A DNA stretch of 63,992 nucleotides, filler included, from an uncultured Methanosarcinales archaeon (GCA_964550945.1; 5 parts of 5 records of this genome joined end to end with filler, not necessarily neighbours in it), one strand, 5' to 3'. Shown: positions 28,836 to 40,889, numbered from the whole stretch's first letter. Translations and numbers: made by a program. The notes: generated by a model from the sequence alone, not told the origin.

Positions 28836-31800
28836 ATTACATGTTAAACCAGTATCTAGATTATCAATCGCTGTCCAGTTGAAGTTGATTAAAGAAGCGG
28901 TTGTATTGAAATAATCAATTGGAGCATTCAAATCAACAGAAGGCTCAATTGAATCAACATAAACCGTATAGTTTGTTCCATTGAATGCACCATTGCCAAC
29001 AGTATCATTGCACCATACATTCCAGATATAGCTGCCATTTGTCAGATTCAACAAGAACCAGGTTTGAATGCCACTTACAACACTAGCTGAACTTTTGTTA
29101 GCAGCCCAGCTATCATTAAAGTCACCATACAAAATACAAGTGCCAATACCTCTTTCATCTGTTGCTGTAAAGCTGAAGTTAACTAATGCATTTTGCTGCC
29201 ATATTTCATTAGCAAGGTCCAAACTAATTACTGGAGCAGTAATATCTCTTGTAAATATTCTTGTTAAAGAAGTATTTACATTACTTGTATTATCAATACA
29301 TGTCACATTCCAAGTATGAGTTCCTTCATTAAATCCAGCAACAGTAAAATTAACCGCTGTCCCATTAGCAGATTCATTGTTAGAAACATTTACAACACCA
29401 TCAATTGTTAGATTACATGTTAAACCAGTATCTAAATTATCAATTGCAGTCCAGTTGAAGTCAATTGTATCGCTGGTTGTGTTGAAATAATCTATAGGAT
29501 AGTTTAAGTTGATTCCTGGCTTGATTGAGTCCACAGTAAAGTTTCTTGTTAATGAAGTATTTACATTGCTTGCATTATCAGAACAGCTTACATTCCATGT
29601 ATGAGCTCCGTTACTAAAACCAGCAACAGTATAATTTGTTGGAGTTCCATTTGTAGAAGAGATGCCTGAAGCATTAATAACATTATCGAGCGTCAAGTTG
29701 CATGATAACATAGTAGCTATATTGTCTGTCGCAGTCCAATTGAAGTTAACAGAAGAGGGTAGTATTGAACCAGAGGCTGGATAACTTAATGTAATTCCTG
29801 GCCTTGTTTGGTCAATTGCTATGGTCCTTTCTTCAGAATCTATATAACCAGCCGTGTCCTGTGTATAAGCCTTAAATGTATGCGAGCCATTTTTAAGCGA
29901 AGTAATATTCACACCAAAATATTTTGAGGATGTGTTTGCGTATAATGCAAGAATTTCCTGAGCAGTTAAGGTTCTGTTAAAGATCATTACATCATCGATT
30001 GTTCCGTTGAAGACATTTGAAGTTCCGGTTGATCCACCAATTCCTACGTTTATTGTACTGGAGTCTATATTTCCAGAAGGATCTGGATCTGAGAGTTTCT
30101 GAATACCATCAACAAAAATTGCGATGTTTTCACCATCATAGGTACCAACAACATATGTCCAAGTATTCAAAGAGATTGCAGTAGGAGAAACTGCGTAAAA
30201 AGCACTATCACTTATATAAACTCCAAATTGTGGTTTTAGTGTACTGTTTTGAACACTGAAAGTATAAGAATCATCTACTCCACTAACGTCCCAGTTTTCC
30301 TTATTGACTATTAGTTGCCAATCTGTTACAGCAGATCCCTTAAGATAAATCCAAGCTGCAACACTCATATGACTAGGATTCAAGCTACTTGGATTCCCTA
30401 AATTAATATAATCACCATTACCATCAAACTCAAACGCCTTTCCAAAATATCCTGCATTAGTTTGAGCAGCATTCCCATTCTTGCTGCCATTATTCCTATT
30501 CATATAATCAGTAGGATCTCCGCTTCCGTTGATATCATCAAAACGCCACCAGCTTACTAAGCTATTGTGATAATCAATGAATGTTGAGATATTCTTAGTG
30601 GAACTAGCTGCAGTTACATTAACATAAATCCAACTTTCTTGTCTTGCTGAGCCATTTGCAGGAGTTGGATTTGTGAAGTTGACCGAAGGTAAGACAGTAT
30701 CAACAGTAAAGCTATACGTAAGAGATGTGTTCACATTGCTAAGGTTATCCCAACAGCTTACATTCCATGTGTGTGCTGCCTCACTAACACCAGCAATAGT
30801 ATAATTTGTTGGAGTTCCACTTGTAGAGGAGATATTTGAAGCATTAACAACACCATCAAGAGTCAGATTACATGATAACGCAGTAGCTACATTATCTGTC
30901 GCAGTCCAGTTAAAGTTAACAGAAGATGAAGATAATGTTGAACCATGTGCTGGATAATTTAATGCAATCTCTGGATCTATGTTGTCAATTGATATGATTC
31001 TTTCTTCAAAATCTATATATCCAATTGTATCTTGTACATAAGCTGTAAATGTATGCGAGCCATTTTTAAGGGAAGTAATATTTACACCTAAATATTTTGA
31101 GGTTGTGTTTGCGTATAATGCAAGAATTTCCTGAGCAGTTAAGGTTCTGTTAAAGATCATTACATCGTCTATTGTGCCATTAAGATACATGTCAGCGGGA
31201 GTCCAGCTACTATCACCTTTGTTTATATAAGTCTCATCAGCACTAGAGGTAACAGGATTCCATGATGAAGTTGCATTGTGAACCAGTTGACCATTAATAT
31301 AAACCTCAACTCTATTTGTTGGATCATTGTGGGTTACAGCTAGATAAGACCAATTATTAACAGGTAAATCATAAGTATAATTTATATACCCGCCGCTGCC
31401 ACTTCCATATAACCATAGGCATATATCACCATTCTTGCAGGTAAGATACGCTCTATCCATAACTATAGCCCATCCATCATTTGCATTAGTGTTAGAGAAG
31501 AATATTGAGTTATCAGATGTGAATTTTGGTTTTAACCATAATGAGATGGTAAATGTGTTTACATTAACAAAATTATCCGTTTCTATGTAATCACCATTGC
31601 CATCAAACTCAAATCCTTTCCCAAAATATCCTGCACTGGTCTGAGCAGCATTTCCAAGCTTGCTGCCATTATTCCTCCCCATATAATCCTGAGGATCTCC
31701 GCTTGCATTGACATCATCAAAGCGCCACCAGCCAACTAAGCTGTTGTCATAATCGATGAACGTTGAGATATTCTTGGTAGCACTTGATGCAGTTACATTC

Positions 31801-34259
31801 ATATATGCCCAATTAACAGAAATGACTGTGTTATTTGCTAGTGTAGGTGTAGTGAAGTTTATAGCAGGGTAAACTGTATCAACAGTAAAGCTATACATAA
31901 GAGAGGTGTTCACGTGGCTGACGTTATCCCAACAGCTTATATTCCATGTATGTGTATCCTCACTAACATCAGCAATAGTATAATTTGTTGAAGTTCCACT
32001 TGTGGAGGAGATATTTGAAGCATTAATAACACCATCAACAGTCAAATTACAGGACAACACCGCAGCTACGCTGTCTGTCGCAGTCCAATTAAAGTTAACA
32101 GACGTCGAATTTAGTATTGAATTATTGGCAGGATAATTTAAAGTAATTGAAGGAGGGTTAAAATCCCCATATACTACTAGCATCTCTATGGCATCAAGGA
32201 ACCATGTAACAGTGTCCTCTCCTGCAGCCTTATTTGAGGTTATCTTTAATGCAGTATTGTTTATCTCAAGCCATGTGTTCACACTGCAGTTTGCGATTAG
32301 ATCAAAAGTCCAGTTCACTGGTGCTAATGGTAAAGTTGAGCTTCTCCAAAGGTCGTCCCAATCATTATTTCCAGTTCCTGTGGGATCAGCCATGGGTGTA
32401 CCATTGCATGATATCCAGAATTCATCACTTCCTTGAGCATCAGTAACAGCATAAATATTATAGAAAGTTACATTAACAGCAGATATGTCGCCTCTTTGGG
32501 TTGTATTTTCCATGTAGAAATACCAGTTCTCATTATCCCACTTGGTACCTGTAGAAGCGCGAAGACCATCCGGAGGTCCTGTTACATTACTAGCACTGGT
32601 AATAGTAAGATCAGATGAAGATCCGCCTTGACCTGTAATATTAACGTATAACCTCAGTTCATTTGAAGGATCAACAATATAGTCAAAATCTACACTTCCT
32701 ATAATTCTTAGATCAAAAGTATCCTGTTTTTCAATCAACCTATTAAGATATACTTTGTATTCTCTCTCTTCAGTTACAGAATCAAAAAAAGCGATTGATT
32801 CATTCCCTTCATATTCATAAACCAATATGCTTCCATTTCCTCTTGCGTAAATAGTAATATCTTTTGTACTGTCAAGTGCTTTCTCAAAAGTGACTCTGAC
32901 ATATTCTGCATTATTAACTAAAGCCCAATTGTCATCTTTTGCCTTGACATAATCATAGATATCTGCTATAAATGCCCTATCTGAATCAAGATGCATTGCT
33001 TTTGTTATTGGAATAATCTCAAGGACAAAATGCTGCTCAGAAAGCTGTGGAACTATCCATGAGATCTTATCGACTAATCCATTGTTATTTGTGTCGTATA
33101 GGGTAACATTGAATCTTTGATCCAGTAATATATCCCTTTTGTCACTATCGATCCAATAAAACTTAACCTGCTCCTCTCTAACTTCAGGCATATCTGAATA
33201 TGACAAAACATCACTATAATGGATAGACACATCAGAATAAATAGTAATATTTTTAGTAATCTTACCATTAATAAATGTCTCTGATTCCAACTTTTTGGGA
33301 GAAGGGGTTTTATATGTTACCTCAAACTTATCTCCTTCATATACACCTATCACTTCTTTGAATTCAATCTGCCTTTTTTTATCTTTGATGATCTCTTTAA
33401 CAGGGCGCAAATTCTTGCTTTTATCCTTAATTGTAAGGTCTTCAGCTTCGGCCGGAATGGTAACATTAAAGGATAGTTCCCTTTCTTCAGGTGCGTTATT
33501 GGTAACTTCAACCTCTTGGGTCCATTCAACTGGCTTTCCGATTTCAGCGTTTCCTTGAATTGCGTTTATCACCCTAATACTTGCATTCATAGTCATGTTT
33601 GTATCATTAATAGGCTCTATTACATTGATAGTATGATTTAAAGGAATAGTCTCGTTCACAGTTATATTTGTGTTATTAGTCTGGTTTGGTTCTATGATTA
33701 TTGTGTCGTTGATTATGGTTGCATTTGAAGCGTTAGTCTCATTATCAAGAGGCGCAGTTTCATTCACAGATTGAGTTATGTTTGTTTCATTAATAATCTC
33801 AGTTTCATTAGTCTGGTTAAAAAGTGCAGTTTCATTCACAAGTGGTATTATATTTTTATTGTTAATCGTTTCTATGCCTATTATTGCTGAATCATTGCTC
33901 TCATTCTCATTGGTTGGGAGGGCAACAAATTTGCTTTCATTGATATCTTGATTAAAATGTATGGTTATGTCAAGAACCGCCGCACTAAAGTGCGGGGCGT
34001 GTTCTTGAGCATGCTCAGAAATCGCTTGCTTACTCTGGGTTAAAACCCCTTGAGTGTGCGCATTAGCGATTTCTGACATATCCAGGCTCTCGTTAATTGC
34101 TTTTGTCTCATTTGTTGCAATATCTAATAGAGTTTCATTGACTGAAATGTTTAAAATTGGGGTATCGTTAGAAGCAGCGATTACTGCAAATTGGATTACA
34201 GCTAGCAAAATCAAAATAGGCAAAATCTTTCCCAATCTACAATTTATTTTGTTTTTCAT
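28836..34259 (-). CDS. Giant secreted/surface glycoprotein with two LamG (ConA-like) domains and Ig-like repeats; 3' truncated
   Basis: Signal peptide; dense NxT/S sequons; two LV.WWRFD...FEFDGNGDYI...GTIDDVMIFNRTL modules; repeated FNWTA.D...CNLT.DG...HTWN..C.D units. Confidence 0.88.
29820..32160 (-). repeat. Tandem duplication of an Ig+Ig+LamG module (about 1.17 kb)
   Basis: Near-identical DNA, e.g. gcgtataatgcaagaatttcctgagcagttaaggttctgttaaagatcattacatc at 29938 and 31111, flanking divergent cores. Confidence 0.85.
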
Positions 34260-34576
34260 CCTAGTTTCTTTTTAGCTCTAAAATAGACCTTCCTTACATC
34301 CCGCTCATCTCTATCCAGCAATACAGCAATATTATGATAATTAAGACCAGAATCATCCTTCATATACGCAATAAGGGCCTCATAAGTTGTTAATGGCTTG
34401 TTTCTTAAAATAGAAAGGGGTATCTTAATTTCGGAATATCTCCTAATAATTTCTCTATTAGAAGGGCCTTTTTTATTCTTTTTATTCACACTAATACGGA
34501 CATTGTCCGTATTTATATTTAAACTTTGTGGTTTTGAATGTAGCAGAATAACTTTCAGAAAGATTCTCTTACACAA
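34256..34576 (-). CDS. Small C-terminal HTH protein
   Basis: IPLSIL..LT.YEALIAYMKD..GLNYHNIAVLLDRDERDVR..Y.RA; overlaps the surface-gene start; true start uncertain. Confidence 0.65.
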   Translation of the reverse strand: MCKRIFLKVILLHSKPQSLNINTDNVRISVNKKNKKGPSNREIIRRYSEIKIPLSILRNKPLTTYEALIAYMKDDSGLNYHNIAVLLDRDERDVRKVYFRAKKKLG

Positions 34577-34631
34577 CCACTAGAAATGAGATTGATTTCA
34601 TTCTATAACTATCCTAATAAATCTCTGATTT

Positions 34632-35159
34632 TTATCCTTTATACCTATCTCTTAATCTTTTAGCTGCTTCGTGGATTTCTCTAGAATCTCTCACATAAGA
34701 GCCATCACGCATCTTTGATTGGGTTGCATACATTATTGTGTCAAGCTTGCTCATCTGTTGATTAGATAGTGTTTCGCCTTCCTGTATCGCGTGGTATATT
34801 TCTGATTTGACACTTTCCCAATTGTGTATAAGCTCCTGCCTTGGAGCATATCTCAGCTCTTGTATCTCATATTGGCGCGTTGCCTCTTCTTTAGCTTTGG
34901 GCTTTACTCTTTCTTCTTCAACCTTTTGCTCTAATTCTATTTCTCTTCTAAACAACCTGCCTATATTAACCTCTTCTTGCTCTGGAATAGGAAATTTCTT
35001 TTTGCTTTCTTCTTTAATCTCGGCTTCACTCTGCTTTATCAAAGCTTCAGCTTTTTTTATCTCAGCTTCATTGCGCTTTGCAATCTCTTTTAGCTTTCTA
35101 ATTCGATCTTCTGGAATTAATTTCTTTGTTTCGTCTAATTCTTGGTCAGCCATTATCAT
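34632..35159 (-). CDS. Charged helical hypothetical protein
   Basis: Long ORF in a tightly packed operon. Confidence 0.7.
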   Translation of the reverse strand: MIMADQELDETKKLIPEDRIRKLKEIAKRNEAEIKKAEALIKQSEAEIKEESKKKFPIPEQEEVNIGRLFRREIELEQKVEEERVKPKAKEEATRQYEIQELRYAPRQELIHNWESVKSEIYHAIQEGETLSNQQMSKLDTIMYATQSKMRDGSYVRDSREIHEAAKRLRDRYKG

Positions 35160-35162
35160 CTA

Positions 35163-35789
35163 TCATCCTTCATAGCCATAAATGGGGTAGTGGAATGGCT
35201 CTGGTGTTGGGATAAACACTCTCAAGTTAAAATATCTTTTGACTCTGTTCTGCAGCCTATAAGCTTCTCTCCAAAGCTCTTTTTCGCGCTTATCAAGATC
35301 CTGAACCATTATCCTGCTCTCATAAATTTCCTGAAAGTGCTTCAAAAGCCAATGGTCTTTCCATTTCTTCTGGACATCAGACTCTATCCATGGCCTAAAA
35401 AATATCTCAATTTCGCCTTGTTGGACCTTCATCTTTTTGCCTTGATGCATGACTTCCATGTCCTGCATGTAGACCATATGGAAATCTATGTCAAGATGAT
35501 TCTTAAAATATCCTGAAAATTTCCCTTCATATGACTTGGTAGTTCTCCAGTAAACCCACATCTCTTTGCCGCCAGCGTGAAGGCCTTTTTGGCAGAATTT
35601 TTCAAGGTATAATGTCTCGATATCGTGGTGCCAAAAGACGCCATATGAACTGCTAAGTGGGCCTCTCCAGCCTTCTTCAGAGAGGTATTCGTGCATCATA
35701 ATATAAAGGTTTTTCAGATGGAATACATCTTTATACTTGACTTTAAATTGAGGGATTGTCCTTACTGCTCTTAGTTGTTTAGGGGCCAT
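35163..35789 (-). CDS. Hypothetical protein
   Basis: 208-aa globular-looking ORF with 1-3 nt spacing to its neighbours. Confidence 0.75.
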   Translation of the reverse strand: MAPKQLRAVRTIPQFKVKYKDVFHLKNLYIMMHEYLSEEGWRGPLSSSYGVFWHHDIETLYLEKFCQKGLHAGGKEMWVYWRTTKSYEGKFSGYFKNHLDIDFHMVYMQDMEVMHQGKKMKVQQGEIEIFFRPWIESDVQKKWKDHWLLKHFQEIYESRIMVQDLDKREKELWREAYRLQNRVKRYFNLRVFIPTPEPFHYPIYGYEG

Positions 35790-35790
35790 T

Positions 35791-37212
35791 TTACCAGTTC
35801 AGCATTGCATGATGCTTTTTGAAATGATGATACGTGTTCCACATATTATACACGGCTGTTGTTTGGGCTTTTGATCTTGCCAAGGATTTTCTTAATACAC
35901 TCACTTTCTCTTGTTTTGTAACTGTTTTTTTAGCTGTTAGGAATAAATTCTGGAAACCTTTGAAAACAGAAGGTTTTTGTTTTAATGCCTTTCCTTTATC
36001 CATAACCGTCTTTTTAGCGCCCATGTCTTCGCCTGCTTCTGACAAGTATCTCATCAGTTCATCTCCCAATGATTCCATAGCAGCCTTAACAGATGCATCA
36101 ATCAAGCCAAGCAATTCAAAATCCTCTCTCTTTTTCATTTTAATGTAGTTTTCAATCTCTTTTTCATCCCATGCATAGGCTCTGAATGCCATCTCAATCC
36201 TTCCGACATGGATTGGACCTCTTTGATAGCCTTCCTGCTGATAGCTCATCTCTGGCCTTGTCCTGAAAAGGAAATGGCATAATATGCATGACTTTACTGG
36301 ATCACTCGGCTTAGTCAATTTTGTCGCTAAAATCTCAACTTCAAGTATTGATGTCTCAAATGCAACCAGCAATTCTGGGCTTTTCATCTTTTCCTGGTCC
36401 ATCCTTAATCTTTCCAGATTTTTCAGATAAGGCTTTACCCAGTCCATATACATCTTGATGATCTCGTAATGCTGCCTGAGATATTTTAATGTAAAGATCC
36501 TTCTATTTTTCAGCTCTTCAAAAGTATGCTGTTTCCACGCGACAAATGTCCTTAATTTTCTAACTAATACTTCTCTTACTTTTCTGTTGAACTGGCCGTA
36601 CTTTTGCTCTACAACAATATCAACATCCTCCTGGTTCATAGGAGGAGCGTCAAAGAACAGATCAGGCAATGTTGTAAATTGCACTTCTCGAGACATCCCA
36701 TAAACAGAAGCAGGATTCTTCGCTCCCTGCTCGACCATGTCTATCCATATGCCTTTTAAAGTGATTTCTGCGCTTTTTGAGCTTGGGCTTCTTGTATAGC
36801 TGTCAGCATAATAGCCAAGCCTTTCATCCAGCACCCTTAATTCTCTGACAAGCTGGAATAATTCTTTGACCATCTTGCCGATTGTCGCTAAAAATTGTGA
36901 TACCTTATCCTGCTGCAAGCCAATGCGCTGCCATGAAGCGCCAAAAAAAGCAGAGTTTTCTGCTGCAGAGAATATGTCTGTGATCTTTATTATGTCTCTT
37001 TTTGCAAAGCCCTGCATATATTCCAGATAGTGCAATACCCAGAAATAGGGCTCTTCAATTGAGATATTATAGCCTTCAACATGCAGCCTGTATCTTAATG
37101 CAGACTGAGGATAGCCAGTAAACTCTAACAGAGGAGGGCCCTCCATTGCCTTAGCTTCTTCAGCATACTCTGGCTCAAAATTGTACTCTTTTAATTTTGA
37201 TTCGTCTATCAT
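35791..37212 (-). CDS. Hypothetical protein (473 aa, soluble)
   Basis: Long ORF overlapping the yhbY stop; no motif recognised. Confidence 0.8.
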   Translation of the reverse strand: MIDESKLKEYNFEPEYAEEAKAMEGPPLLEFTGYPQSALRYRLHVEGYNISIEEPYFWVLHYLEYMQGFAKRDIIKITDIFSAAENSAFFGASWQRIGLQQDKVSQFLATIGKMVKELFQLVRELRVLDERLGYYADSYTRSPSSKSAEITLKGIWIDMVEQGAKNPASVYGMSREVQFTTLPDLFFDAPPMNQEDVDIVVEQKYGQFNRKVREVLVRKLRTFVAWKQHTFEELKNRRIFTLKYLRQHYEIIKMYMDWVKPYLKNLERLRMDQEKMKSPELLVAFETSILEVEILATKLTKPSDPVKSCILCHFLFRTRPEMSYQQEGYQRGPIHVGRIEMAFRAYAWDEKEIENYIKMKKREDFELLGLIDASVKAAMESLGDELMRYLSEAGEDMGAKKTVMDKGKALKQKPSVFKGFQNLFLTAKKTVTKQEKVSVLRKSLARSKAQTTAVYNMWNTYHHFKKHHAMLNW

Positions 37213-37472
37213 CTAGCACCACATCTTAATACAATGACAAATCCTACCTGCTCAATAATCTCTGAGCTTGTTTTTTCTGCCAATTCCTTTGCAAACTCTT
37301 TTCTATCTTGGTTTCTTAAAGCGCTCTTTAATATCTTAATCTTAATCAGTTTTTTCTCTTTCAACTGTTTTTTTACTTCTTCTATTGTTCCAGGGCTTAG
37401 GCCATTTTTTCCGATCATTAATATCGGCTCAAGTAATCTTGCTTTTGACCTTAGTTGGATTTTTTCTTTCAT
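37209..37472 (-). CDS. YhbY/CRM-domain RNA-binding protein
   Basis: LRSKA..LEP...IGKNGL....EV..QL....LIKIK...IEQVG.VIVL. Confidence 0.9.
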   Translation of the reverse strand: MKEKIQLRSKARLLEPILMIGKNGLSPGTIEEVKKQLKEKKLIKIKILKSALRNQDRKEFAKELAEKTSSEIIEQVGFVIVLRCGAR

Positions 37473-37476
37473 CTTA

Positions 37477-39189
37477 TCACTTCTCGTTATGGCTTGGGTG
37501 CTCATGGCCCAAATTTTTTCTTCTGTATAACTCTTCTATATGCTCTTTCTTTGTTTTTAGCATCTTTTGGATATTATCAGATGATTTTTGAATTAAAACT
37601 GAAACATGCTCACCGCCTAAAAAATGAGGCAGTATAACATAGTCGGCTCCTGATTGATAAAGATGGAGAGCCTCTTCAACCTGGTTAGCGGTTACGAAGA
37701 TCGGCGCTTTCTTATTCACTTCCCTCAATTTTTTGATAAGAAGCAGATTATCCTGCTGCGTTGGAACAGTTGAGATAACCATCGATACATATTTTAAGTT
37801 CAATCTTTCCAAAATCTCAACATTTCCCACATCACCATAGAGGCAGGGGGTTTTATTTTTGATTAAATCCCTTATAGTCTCTGGGTTAAAGTCCACTATC
37901 AAGAACTTCTTTTTCATTTTTGTTAGTGTTTTTACTATGCTGTAGCCTATCCTGTTATGGCCACAAATCAAAACAAAATTACTCATTTTCTTGGGGATAT
38001 ACTCAAGATTATAGCTAGAGGATCTTGCAAACAGGTCAAATATCTTCAAATAAGGAGCAGATTTCCTGTAGATCTTGTCTTCGAATTTGATAAAATAAGC
38101 GGTTGCAGTCATTGTTGTTAATGCTAAAATAACCGCTAAAGTAAATATTTCCTGTGATACCTGGCCAAGAATAAGGCCCTGGGATATTATTATCAATGAG
38201 AATTCTGATGTCTGGGCTAATGAAGAGCCAGCTAAAAATGATGTTCTTTTTTCATAGCCGAAAAATGATGAGACAAACATTATTATCAAGGGCTTTGCAA
38301 ATAAGATAAACAATACAAGCACAATTAGAGGAATTAGTATCCTGCTAATTGAGCCGATCAACAGCTGCATCCCCAATGAAACAAAGAAGATTGTTGAAAA
38401 AAAGTCCCTTAATGATTTTGCTTTTCCTATTATCTCTATATTGTATGGCAGATTAGCCAATGAAATGCCTGCGACAAACGCCCCTATTGCAATCGAAAAG
38501 CCAATCTGGTTGAATAATAATGAAAATAAGAAGCATATCATCACAGCCAGCAGGAATAACAGCTCTTGTGATTTTGCCGCAAACTTGAAAAAAGTAGGGA
38601 ATACATATTTTGAAGCAAGGATCGCAACTGCAAATATTGCCAAGCCTTTTAGCAATGACAGCAATAAAGCCAGTAATGAGAAATGATTTAATGTTGTAAT
38701 AACAGAGACTGCTATTATCGCTACAATGTCTTCTACTAACAAGAAGCCGATAATTATCCTTCCATGCAATGTGTCTAACTCTCTTTTATCAGACAATAAT
38801 TTTATAACCACCATTGTTGAGCTGAATGCGATAATAAGGCCTAAGTATAATGATTCTACACTGGCAAAGCCTACCATAGAAGCGAAAATAAATCCAAATG
38901 AGAATAATACAGTAATGTTTATCAGCCCGCCTATAGATGACACAAAGCTTACATCTTTCAACTTTCTTAAATCAATCTGCAAGCCAACTATAAATAATAG
39001 GAAAGCTATTCCAATCTCTGAAAGTGTTTCGATGACATTTGTGTTTGTGATAAGCCCCAGAACTGGCCCTATTATTATGCCTGTCAAGACATAGCCGAGG
39101 ATTAAAGGCTGCCTCAGCAAGTTTGCCAAGTAAGCAAATAAGGTAGCGATTATTATGATGAATCCGATATCTAAAAATATATTATCCAT
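37477..39189 (-). CDS. CPA2 cation:proton antiporter with TrkA-N domain (Kef-type)
   Basis: LRQP..LGY..G, SSTMVV.K, LLVEDI, GAF.AG, CGHNRIG, YGD. Confidence 0.92.
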   Translation of the reverse strand: MDNIFLDIGFIIIIATLFAYLANLLRQPLILGYVLTGIIIGPVLGLITNTNVIETLSEIGIAFLLFIVGLQIDLRKLKDVSFVSSIGGLINITVLFSFGFIFASMVGFASVESLYLGLIIAFSSTMVVIKLLSDKRELDTLHGRIIIGFLLVEDIVAIIAVSVITTLNHFSLLALLLSLLKGLAIFAVAILASKYVFPTFFKFAAKSQELLFLLAVMICFLFSLLFNQIGFSIAIGAFVAGISLANLPYNIEIIGKAKSLRDFFSTIFFVSLGMQLLIGSISRILIPLIVLVLFILFAKPLIIMFVSSFFGYEKRTSFLAGSSLAQTSEFSLIIISQGLILGQVSQEIFTLAVILALTTMTATAYFIKFEDKIYRKSAPYLKIFDLFARSSSYNLEYIPKKMSNFVLICGHNRIGYSIVKTLTKMKKKFLIVDFNPETIRDLIKNKTPCLYGDVGNVEILERLNLKYVSMVISTVPTQQDNLLLIKKLREVNKKAPIFVTANQVEEALHLYQSGADYVILPHFLGGEHVSVLIQKSSDNIQKMLKTKKEHIEELYRRKNLGHEHPSHNEK

Positions 39190-39331
39190 CTTTTTTTACC
39201 TCTAAAATGAATCCTTCTTTATGCTTCTTGAATTCAACTTCCATTCCTTTGCCTATTCCCTCGTATTCTGCTATCTTTTTAGGGATAGTCAATATCAGCT
39301 GCCCTGATGGAAGTTCTTGTATTTTTACCAT
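39182..39331 (-). CDS. AbrB/MazE-like small DNA-binding protein (49 aa)
   Basis: Read by hand: MVKIQELPSGQLILTIPKKIAEYEGIGKGMEVEFKKHKEGFILEVKKDG; overlaps the Kef start. Confidence 0.75.
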   Translation of the reverse strand: MVKIQELPSGQLILTIPKKIAEYEGIGKGMEVEFKKHKEGFILEVKKDG

Positions 39332-39490
39332 ACTATTAATTTTAATATTATATTAATCATTAGTTTATATGTTTTATAACCTATTTTTTATATTACTTAT
39401 TTTAATAGTATATAAAGGTTGCGGTTTTGGCAGCCAGGAATCAAAAAGTTTATATATAATTAGATTATACATCTTATTGGTGACTTAAAC

Positions 39491-39706
39491 ATGGAATTAT
39501 TTGAAGCAGTTCCAAAACAATGGGGGAACTCAATAGGCATAACTATACCCAAGGAGATAATAGAGAAAGAGCACATATCCGGAAAAAAGAAGGTCAGATT
39601 TTTAGTGGTGGGAGATGTGAATGAAATCAAAAATACATTTGGCACACTGAAAATCAAGAAGCCAACGCAGCAAATAATGGATGAAATTGATGAAGGATAT
39701 GACTGA
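39491..39706 (+). CDS. vapB: AbrB-type antitoxin (VapB)
   Basis: KQWGNSIGITIPKE; GGTGA SD; overlaps the PIN gene. Confidence 0.85.
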   Translation: MELFEAVPKQWGNSIGITIPKEIIEKEHISGKKKVRFLVVGDVNEIKNTFGTLKIKKPTQQIMDEIDEGYD

Positions 39707-40070
39707 GGAGATATTTTTCGCAGATACATACGCAATCATTGAAATAATTAAAGGGAACCCTAATTATGAGAAATATACTAATTCTGTTCTTGTAACCTCA
39801 AAATTGGATTTAATCGAGCTATACTACCATTTCCTGCATGATTTTGATAAAGATACTGCAGAGAGGTACTTTAAGGTATATTCTAAATTTGTTGTGCCGA
39901 TTTCAAACAATTCTATAAGGAATGGAATGCAATTCAAATTAGCGCATAAAAAAGAAAAGGTTAGCTATGTTGATTGTGTTGGATATGCCCTTGCTTTGGA
40001 GTTGGGAATCAAATTTTTGACAGGAGACCAAAAGTTTGAGAACAAACCTAATGTAGAGTTTGTGAAATGA
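39699..40070 (+). CDS. vapC: PIN-domain toxin (VapC)
   Basis: FADTYAIIE, E, SYVDC...A, LTGD..F. Confidence 0.88.
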   Translation: MTEEIFFADTYAIIEIIKGNPNYEKYTNSVLVTSKLDLIELYYHFLHDFDKDTAERYFKVYSKFVVPISNNSIRNGMQFKLAHKKEKVSYVDCVGYALALELGIKFLTGDQKFENKPNVEFVK

Positions 40071-40082
40071 GTTCTCTGGCAT

Positions 40083-40802
40083 TTAAGAATTCCAAAGCAT
40101 ATCAAAATAATTTAAATGTGATTTGGCTATCTCTCTGTTTTGGATTTTAATTGCAATCGGCTCCTTAGACCATTGGATTAATAAGCAGTTATCCCCGTAA
40201 ATGATGGTCGTTGTTGGGCTTGTGTAGTTATCATCAACGAATTTGTATTCTAAAAGATCTCTTTTTTCCACTTTGTTCTTAAACTTTAATGATAGGATTG
40301 TTCTCTGTTTAATCTTATTTTCTGCCCTTTGTTTATGCCACAACTCAAAGTAAGGGCCAAAAATGTCTTTAAACTGAAGTTCAGCAGCTATCAGAGAAAC
40401 AGGTTTTTTGGCTTCCAATATGTCCCCATACAACATTCTCAAGCCTTTTTTGCCAACAAAAACATGAGCTTCCAACGATTTTTTATATGGGCTCATTTCG
40501 ATTTTTTTTATGCTTTCAAAAAGGTTCTTTTTTGTTGCCTTTATCTCGTCTTCTTTTTCCTTGATTAATGAGAAGATTGATTCTGGTGATTTTGATTCAA
40601 ACCACTTCATCTTGTTCCTGGTTATAAATGAGATAAGGCCTTTTGCGATTAACCTATCCATAGCTTCATAGACGTTTGTCCTGTTGAGTTTAGTTTCAGA
40701 GCTGATCTTGTTTGCGTAACTAGCCCCCTTTTCTAGCAGATGCAGGTATATTGTTGCTTCTGATGGGCTTAATCCGAGTTGTGTGAGTGTTTCTTTTAGC
40801 AT
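40083..40802 (-). CDS. TrmB-family transcriptional regulator
   Basis: LGLSPSEA.IY..LL..G....IS..T.LNRTNVYE....L..KGL; TIIYGD. Confidence 0.88.
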   Translation of the reverse strand: MLKETLTQLGLSPSEATIYLHLLEKGASYANKISSETKLNRTNVYEAMDRLIAKGLISFITRNKMKWFESKSPESIFSLIKEKEDEIKATKKNLFESIKKIEMSPYKKSLEAHVFVGKKGLRMLYGDILEAKKPVSLIAAELQFKDIFGPYFELWHKQRAENKIKQRTILSLKFKNKVEKRDLLEYKFVDDNYTSPTTTIIYGDNCLLIQWSKEPIAIKIQNREIAKSHLNYFDMLWNS

Positions 40803-40889
40803 TTGTGATGGAAATACCTTGTTATTTATAATTGTTGTGGTATAAGACAACAACTATAGCTTAAATAACGCCGAATATTCTACTGGATT

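Noticed and set aside
29820..32160. Diversity-generating retroelement TR/VR pair
   Set aside because: Both copies are in-frame parts of one gene, differences are not adenine-specific, and no reverse transcriptase is in the window.
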